A stretch of 61,942 nt of DNA from Octopus bimaculoides (lineage: Eukaryota). Numbering within the stretch: the first letter of the stretch is position 1; every line of letters starts with the position of its first letter. Under the pieces are notes generated by a model. The model did no database searches. It saw only the letters and a program-made list of their open reading frames with translations, and had not been told where the DNA came from. Location: positions 47,011,079-47,073,020 of the forward strand of contig NC_068994.1 in assembly GCF_001194135.2 (NCBI RefSeq). The letters are read 5' to 3'. A program made the translations under genes and the position numbers. Shown piece after piece: positions 53,559 to 61,942 of this stretch.

Positions 53559-54250
53559 TACACACTTATACACACATACATACACACAAATATGCATAGA
53601 CTTATTTTTATATGTCAAAGTATACATGTGTGTGTATATGTATATATATATATATATANNNNNNNNNNNNNNNNNNNNNNNNNNNNNNNNNNNNNNNNNN
53701 NNNNNNNNNNNNNNNNNNNNNNNNNNNNNNNNNNNNNNNNNNNNNNNNNNNNNNNNNNNNNNNNNNNNNNNNNNNNNNNNNNNNNNNNNNNNNNNNNNNN
53801 NNNNNNNNNNNNNNNNNNNNNNNNNNNNNNNNNNNNNNNNNNNNNNNNNNNNNNNNNNNNNNNNNNNNNNNNNNNNNNNNNNNNNNNNNNNNNNNNNNNN
53901 NNNNNNNNNNNNNNNNNNNNNNNNNNNNNNNNNNNNNNNNNNNNNNNNNNNNNNNNNNNNNNNNNNNNNNNNNNNNNNNNNNNNNNNNNNNNNNNNNNNN
54001 NNNNNNNNNNNNNNNNNNNNNNNNNNNNNNNNNNNNNNNNNNNNNNNNNNNNNNNNNNNNNNNNNNNNNNNNNNNNNNNNNNNNNNNNNNNNNNNNNNNN
54101 NNNNNNNNNNNNNNNNNNNNNNNNNNNNNNNNNNNNNNNNNNNNNNNNNNNNNNNNNNNNNNNNNNNNNNNNNNNNNNNNNNNNNNNNNNNNNNNNNNNN
54201 NNNNNNNNNNNNNNNNNNNNNNNNNNNNNNNNNNNNNNNNNNNCAAACAG

Positions 54251-54307
54251 CATCCTCCGTTATTTCACCCACCCATCTCCTCTGCCACCAATACCCTACC
54301 ACCTCAG
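54251..54307 (+). CDS. Possible further SMAD4 linker exon (may begin inside the N-gap)
   Basis: caaacag| ... CAG|GTCTGT. The phase 1-1 reading is TSSVISPTHLLCHQYPTTS and the alternative frame is KQHPPLFHPPISSATNTLPPQ. A strong acceptor follows at 54432. The upstream tract is hidden by the gap. Confidence 0.35.
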
Positions 54308-54821
54308 GTCTGTCTGTCTGTATGTCCACTGCATATGTAACCTAACATAACATAGACAACTAAGCATACCATGGCTTCTCTTTGTTTTTGATTTTTTTTT
54401 TTGTTTCTTTTTCCTTGTTCTTTTACTAACAGCCATAACGTTTGTTTCTAATTATGCACCCAACTCTCCCTGGCCCCTCTGCTTCCACATCTACTTAACA
54501 TTCTGTTTTTCCAAGCAATTTTGGGTTGTTTTTTTTTTTTTTATATATATATTGTTCATGCATTTTTAATTTACCTTCACTCATTCATTTTGGTGTGTGT
54601 GTGTATAAACAATAGATTATTTAGAGATTCAATTGACAATCTAATAATTTATTTATATTATAACATAATATATTAGTTTATTACTTTAGTATATATATAT
54701 ATATATATATATACATATAGATATATATATGTATGTATGTATGTATGTATATTGTGAATAGATATTCAGATCACTTAAGACAGTCTACTTTCATATGGAG
54801 AAGCTTAACATAAATACATCT

Positions 54822-54852
<31 letters not shown>

Positions 54853-55246
54853 GTATATTTACACACGGACATACAAATCTATATATATATATTACACACA
54901 GACACACAGATATATATATACATATATATACATACATGCATACATACGTGCACACAACACACACACACACACACACACGCATTCATACATACAAATTTAC
55001 ACACACACACTCACACATATATATATATATTTGATGCTGATAATTTATTTAGTCATTACTCACAGTTTCTCATTCTATCCAATCCTTTGGTGGTCGCAAA
55101 AAAGATCTTTCTATCAGCTGCAAGATTGCACATAATACGAAGCTCCGAGTATCACGAGACTGAATGTATCATCAACTTTGAGAGAAAACATAAACTCTCC
55201 TTTATGTATTGAGTACTCTGTGTCCAACTACACACACACACACACA

Positions 55247-55306
<60 letters not shown>

Positions 55307-56257
55307 CGTTTTTAGAAGGATTGGCTGTGTGTTGTTTCTAGCAGAACAACAGTTGGACAATAGATTGTCTCATGTATTTTGGAAGGGTTTGAAGGAAATG
55401 AAAAAAAAGTGCTTTATTGTTGCACCCTGTGAGGCAGAACAACAGTTAGATGAAGGGCTGCTGGGAATAATACAGCACAAAAGGAATCCAAAGGCCCAGT
55501 TTTCTATAACACAACAGTAACAAAATATATTACGTTATCTATTCCACAATTGCTTTGACTTAATTTTCTTTCTTAGGCTTTATGGTGATGGTTACTGAGT
55601 TCTTAAGTATTGAAGTTTACTGCTTCTTAACCAGGGTCCATATAAGATTTTGACATTCAAATTTATGTGCAATAGATGGGTTATATTTCTACAATGAACA
55701 AAATATTTTAACAATTTTTTTTTATACAATTCCTAATAATATTTAATTATAAAAATATAATATGATTTTTAATGTTTATCACCGCTTCAACATGGCTGTT
55801 CTGTAGGAACCAACATTACTACCATTTTAACTCCAGGAGGATGCCTTCTCCAGCTGGTTAAAATAGTAGTAACATCAGTTTGTATGGAACAGTCATGTTG
55901 AAGTGGCAGTAAACACTACTTCTCAGTATAGTTATTGCTTTTCATCTCTTATAGAGATTCTCTAACTAGCTAAAATGATTTCTATTTAACATAGAATAGT
56001 TATGAGGGTTAATCAGTAAAAAATGGTTGTTAAACACTGCTTTAGAGTTACAAATCTCTTCATTCACTGTACTCAGTTCAAATTCCTGTTGGTGGTCCAA
56101 ATTTTTTCGCTTTTACTTCATTCACCCATCTTTAATGGACATGTGAAGTGGACAATACACTGAATGGCAATATTATAATATTGTCATCAGTAATGGAATT
56201 CACTTTTGATCAAAGCAAGAACCTTTTCTTACCTGCTTTTGCTTGATNNNNNNNNNN

Positions 56258-56303
<46 letters not shown>

Positions 56304-57556
56304 AACTTCATATTTATAAATTGGATTCACACAAGGCAGCAAGGGTACTATTGTCTGTTTGTGTTTTTCACCCAAGCTAAATGGAATCTTCCTCAAGAAG
56401 TGCTTTACCATCTTCTAAAGCAAGGTCTACAATTGACAACATCAGTGTTTATATGCATGCAATTTGATTTTCAGTGCTTGCATTGAAACACTTCTGTTCT
56501 GTCGTAGTCTCATTAAGCTTGGACAATAACAAGAAAAAAAACGAACAGCTAATTGAAAACTTTATCAGCTGAATTTTACTTTCAAAAAGACTTCAATTTA
56601 CATTGAATATGTCTTAGGAAGTTAAAATAACCCTGACCAAACTTCAAATCATCTCTTCTCTCAAGGTACAGAGCCATATTGTGCTGGAAAAGCCTATATG
56701 AAAAACATGCATTTCCCAATCAACTAATGATTCAGGTAGATTCTATATGATATTTAATGAAGCTGCTGACCTTCTCACAGATAAGGATCCATGGTAAAAG
56801 CAGATTAGTCTCATGACATCTGTTGTAGACTGTTCCTTATGAAAAGCAGAAGAGGGTGTCCAGAAGAAAAGCAAAAAACAATGCATTTTGCTCATTCTCA
56901 CTCAACAAACTTTATACAACATATAAAAATATTGAAATAAAGACCAAATACATCAGTGAGGTAGTATTCTATGTAGCTGCTGCTCTACTGGATCAGTGTT
57001 GCCATCAAAACCCTCTTTTCTTTAAGATAAAGACCATTATCATCATCATTTTCATTTAACATCCATTTCCCATCCTGGTATGAGTTAGACAGGCTGAGAA
57101 GATCTAATGAGGCAGAGGACTGCATGAAGAGCTATAATGTCAGTTTTGGAATTTTATCTGTGGCTAGATTGCCTTCCTTGGAGCTAACAGCTTCACAGCA
57201 CATATTGGACACATTTTTACATAGAACCAGGACTAGTAAAGTCATCAAGTAACTCACAAGGCAAAAATGTCAAAACTGCGCAATGTTAAAACACCTGTTA
57301 AGTTCCCTGATAAAGATAGGGTGGCCACAACCGAATTGATATAACACACATCTGATTTGCAATCAACTGGAGTACTAGATGTGTATGCATGTGCATCCAT
57401 GCATGCAGAGCTAGTATTTTCTTGGCTCTCACCAGCATGACATGTTTTGCTTTAACAGAACTGGCCAGAAATATATAACAGCAACAATAACTTGTAGTTG
57501 CTCAACCTGGTAGAAACAGCAGCAAAAGGTCCATCAAAGCACACACTGGATAATGT

Positions 57557-57591
<35 letters not shown>

Positions 57592-58411
57592 TCATCATCA
57601 TTTATACATATATATATCATCATCATCATTTATACATATATATATCATCATCACCATCATTTTTCATGCTGGTATAGGATGGGTGGTTTGACAGGAGCTG
57701 GCAAACCAGAGGGCTGCATCAGGTTCCAGTTGTCTATTTTGGCATGAAATTCTATGTCTAGATGCCCTTCCTAACACCAACCACTTTCCTGAGTGTACTG
57801 AGTGCTATTTACATGGCACCGGCACATGTGCTTTTTACATGGGTCTGGCATGGGTCCTTTTTATGTGGCACCAGCATAGGTACTTTTTACATGGCACCAT
57901 ATACTAACCAGCCTGTAAAACAAATGACAGGATGGTCATGGTTTGTTTGGCTTTGATCATAAGTCTACTGAATATAGATTAACCTAGGGCTAAACAGGAA
58001 AGATAATGAATGCTTTCCTTATATGTAGTCATATGACTGGAATTTCAAATTTCAAACAACCCCACTTTCTACAGATTAGGATGAAAACAATTCTCAGAAT
58101 GGATAATGTTTTGAAAAGTATAGAATTCACAGAAAGATTTTTTTTTAAAATTGGCAGAATCATGAGAATATGACATGAAAAAATAAAGAATTAATGACTG
58201 AATCATTGCTATTAGAAGACTCAGATTATTTCATCATACCCACCATACACAATTTCACGTACTTTATTATTTTGTATTGCTCTTGTTAACATGGTTTGTA
58301 ATCCCAAATAACGTTCACAGCAAGGCTTATAAGATTATCATTTTCTATTATCTTCATCTAATGACAAGAAAATATTTTTAAATATTTACATTTTGACTAT
58401 ATTTGCAACAG

Positions 58412-58601
58412 TTTGATCTTCAGTTTTCATCAGGTGTCTTATTATCAGGCGTGTACATAGTAGCTGGCTGAATTTGAACATGGGGCGGAGGGTCTATTTC
58501 TAAACTATGGGTAATACCATTCTTACTCACTAGGTTACTGATGCATGTGCCTTGCGAAAGGTCAGTAACAATAAGACACCTGATGATAATCAGAGATCAA
58601 A
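58412..58601. repeat. Inverted-repeat element (MITE-like)
   Basis: Perfect 16-bp IR CATCAGGTGTCTTATT (58428-58443 and 58570-58585) within about 32-bp imperfect arms. Confidence 0.6.
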
Positions 58602-58739
58602 TCAATCAAAGATGTAAGTTAGATTTAGATGTTGAACAGATTCTTATAGTATAGAAAATTTTAAATATTATTGATTAACGATTCAGCTCCAACATTTCTG
58701 TTTATATATATACACCTTGCAGACTATATGATATGCTTA

Positions 58740-59120
58740 TACAAATTTTATAAATTGCCATATGTTTGTATACATTTAAATTGTTATATTTTTATATACA
58801 CCTTATAAATTGTCAAATCTTTATATACACCTTATAAATTATGTTATACCTTTATACACACACTATAGATTATCATATATTTGTATGCACACTATAGATT
58901 GTCATTTGTATATACACACTATAGATTATATCATTATATACACACTACATAGTGTCATCATTATATACACTCTTATAGATTATGTCATATGTTGATATAC
59001 ACGTAGATTGCCGTATGTTTCTATGCATAGTACAGATAATTATATACATATATCTATGTACACTATAGATTATTATGTCATATTTTTATATAGGCATTAT
59101 AGATTATGCCATATACTGTT
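58740..59120. repeat. Degenerate AT-rich tandem repeat (…tatacacactatagattatcat…)
   Basis: Recurring CACTATAGATT and ACACCTTATA units. Confidence 0.7.
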
Positions 59121-60551
59121 GTGTTGAGGTAAATATACATTGTCCGTCATAGTGATCATCTGGAAGAAATTATGGACTTTGCCAGACTTATTGTCCCCAT
59201 AGTGCATTATATGTATATATGAAAGAGAGAACGAGTCTTCAGTAGTGAACTGTGATTCATTGACCTGTTAAGGGTTACTGCATTATGGCATATTTTCATT
59301 CATTCACCCATACATCCATCCATTCATCCATCCATTTATCCATTCAATCATTACTAGAATTCTTTCTGCAGACATCTGGGAATCAATAGAAACGGTGATA
59401 ATGTCTAGCAGTGTTGACAATCAATAAACCTTGACATAATTTCATTCTCTTTACGTGTATGTATGTATGTATGAGTATATACGAATACAGGCAACAACAT
59501 GTACATACATACATACATACATATATATATATATATGGTCACATGACATGTATAAACTCTGTGTGAGAATTGTATATGCAAGTGTGTGTGCGTTTACACA
59601 TATATACATACATATGCATTCATTCAAAACTGAACCCAAGTGAGATACTGCTGAAATTTTGAATTTCTGCTTCTCACTCATATAATAGTATTCATTTTAT
59701 AAATAAATAAATATATATATATATACATTTTTATTAATATTTAGCAGAAGTAACAGAGTGACTGAAGGTTTGAGTTTCGTGCATTGGTACTTACTTATCA
59801 AACACGTGAAACTCTCGGACTTTCAGTCACTCCTGTTACTTCTGCTAAATATTAATAAAAATACACATATATTCATATTTTTTTGAGTTCTATTTTTCCT
59901 GTTTGCATAAACATATCTATATATATAAATATATATATCTATATATATAAATATATATNNNNNNNNNNNNNNNNNNNNNNNNNNNNNNNNNNNNNNNNNN
60001 NNNNNNNNNNNNNNNNNNNNNNNNNNNNNNNNNNNNNNNNNNNNNNNNNNNNNNNNNNNNNNNNNNNNNNNNNNNNNNNNNNNNNNNNNNNNNNNNNNAT
60101 ATATACACACACACACACATACACCTTCTGAAAACCTGTATGTTTGTGTAAATCTCTTTGATCTTTACAGCTGCGGTGTGAATGCCTAAACACATTGATC
60201 ATTGATGTCAAAAGTTCTATTAACATATTGCTTTTACTGAAGAGGACTTCATAAAGTCAACAATCTCCAGTAATTTGGCAACCTAGCACAGTTTTGTTGT
60301 ACTGCATCCTCTCTTCGTCATCTTCCTCGTTGGCATTGGACTGTTTCAGTTGAATATATAGATCCTGGTACTTTTTATGTTAACTATTTCACAAACATGG
60401 TAAAGAGACAGAAAGCAAAGTTCTGTTTAAAATCCTTCGATTTCAACTCAATGACGACTAGATTATGGTGCTGAACTACAACTTATGTCTTGATTTCTCA
60501 AATTCAAATGCTTTTCTTATTGTCATTGTTACCAGTTCTGCAGCCTGGTTA

Positions 60552-60767
60552 CGAGGGATGCTGAAAAATTCCTGGTTTTGGGTAAAAGAAAATACAGGAG
60601 GGTCAGTTAATTATGATTCTGTTCAACGTATTCCCCTCTCACATTCACACACTTATTGCAACAGTTCTTCAGTTTTTCTAAGCCCTGTAAAAGAACTCTG
60701 AAGGTTGTGCCTCCAACCAGACCTTTCACAATAGCCATAAAACCAGGATCTTTTCAGCATCCCCTTG
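60552..60767. mobile_element. Tc1/mariner-type MITE
   Basis: TA|cgagggatgctgaaaaattcctggtttt ... aaaaccaggatcttttcagcatccccttg|TA. Confidence 0.85.
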
Positions 60768-60775
60768 TACATTAA

Positions 60776-60983
60776 CCCTTCAATATTTAAACTTGCCATA
60801 TCCAATCCAAATTTCCTTCTTATTTTATGTTCAAACTGGCTAGATCTGGCCTCTCACAGCTACCCTACTATGTTATTCTAAATATAAAGAATCACATCAT
60901 CATAATCTTGAAGCTTCAAGATAATGCATGATTAATTCAAAATAATATGAATGAAGTAACAGAATAATCTGAATGCTAAAGGG
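60776..60983. mobile_element. piggyBac-type MITE abutting the mariner MITE
   Basis: TTAA|CCCTT...AAAGGG|TTAA, same family as 30178. Confidence 0.82.
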
Positions 60984-61942
60984 TTAAATCTGATTATCTC
61001 AGTGTGTCTGACTGTCAAATGGTTGCCATCTGAAGTTTGTAGGTGCATTGTTTTAAATGACATCATAGACCATCTGAATCTTTACCAGCAATTGTGTTCT
61101 GCTCCCTGTGCTTAGAAGACAGTTTTTTGCCTCTTTTGCAATTTACTTGTGGTCATGTGGTTTCTTCAAGTCTTCTTTGCTGTACCATGGTTTCAGGTTC
61201 AACCCTGCTGTATGGAACATTGACCAAGTGTCTGTGAGTGCAATTTAGAAGACAGAAACTAACTGTATGGTAGCCAATGGTGCTTATTTACCAATCTCTA
61301 AATTAGATAAAAGGCATTAATTACTAAATAATGATAATAATCCTACACAGAAACTATAGTCAGTGGAAATGTTCCTGTTCATGATTAGCTGGTTGTTGGT
61401 TGACAGAATCCATTACTTGGTATAACTCACCACTTGGTCCTTGGGCCATTCTGTTGTAAGCACTCAGCTAAATATCTGATCTAAGAATAACTTCCTCCTT
61501 TTCTCCCACTAGTCTAGAAGATCCAAAAAAAATGTGTTGGGTACTGCCCCTTTTTTCTCTGATTTAACCATTAAAAAATACTGCTGCTGTTACTACTACT
61601 ACTACTACTACTATTATTACTACCACCACCACTACAACTCACAGTTGTACGGTCGACAAGCAGTAGGAAGGGTGCAGACACCCACATTTTGAAACCATCA
61701 TTCTAATACAGCTGACTCTAGAAACAGGATCCACATGGGAGTTGAATGTTGTTATTGACTGTTGTTTCTGTTTTTTCTTCAGCTCCAGGTCAAACTTGCC
61801 TGAACAGGCCTGTGATGAAAGGAAATCCAACAACGACTATCTCAGTGTCTTTTGTTGTTGTTTTTTCTTTTCATATTGTGTATTCTAAGACTACATAATT
61901 TGACCTGTCTTTCCTTTTTTTTTTTTTTTTTTTTTTTTTTTT

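Noticed and set aside
55310-55520. ORF after a (CT)n acceptor (…AEQQLD…AEQQLD…)
   Set aside because: No similarity to the SMAD4 linker or MH2, no donor site, and an internal duplication suggests repeat origin.
58530-58600. Hammerhead ribozyme (CTGATG...CGAAA)
   Set aside because: The core is CUGAUGC rather than CUGAUGA, and stems II and III cannot be formed properly.
54433-61942. SMAD4 MH2 exons (EYWCSIAYFE..., SFVKGWG)
   Set aside because: Searched by eye and not found. The terminal poly-T may be the tract preceding the next exon outside the window.

Overview
AT-rich, microsatellite- and SINE-dense animal genomic DNA with about 16 N-gaps. The repeat families and gene suggest an octopus/cephalopod genome (inference). 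The only gene that can be recognised is a + strand SMAD4 (Medea, co-Smad) orthologue. Its coding exons are 21159-21407, 27054-27228, 29865-29894, 34838-34957, a candidate 39963-40004, and 53024-53326. They encode the complete MH1 domain, the NES micro-exon and a Q/G/H-rich linker. No MH2 exon was found, so the gene probably continues past the window end. The first three coding exons have the same lengths as in human SMAD4 (249/175/30 nt). The rest of the window is intron or intergenic sequence. It contains at least four SINE-like families (labelled A-D here), piggyBac-type and mariner-type MITEs, a decayed mariner transposase, a 5'-truncated R4/Dong-like LINE in (TAA)n repeats, a CpG-decayed 5S rRNA copy fused to a tRNA-SINE, and several tandem arrays. 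Almost all ORFs in the supplied track are microsatellite or N-gap artefacts. The most interesting unexplained signal is a possible RNA-level control layer on SMAD4: skippable phase-1 micro-exons, a YCAY array upstream of the NES exon, inverted SINE pairs around exons, and an ATG-rich minisatellite behind an alternative 5'UTR acceptor. All of this is hypothesis and needs transcript data.
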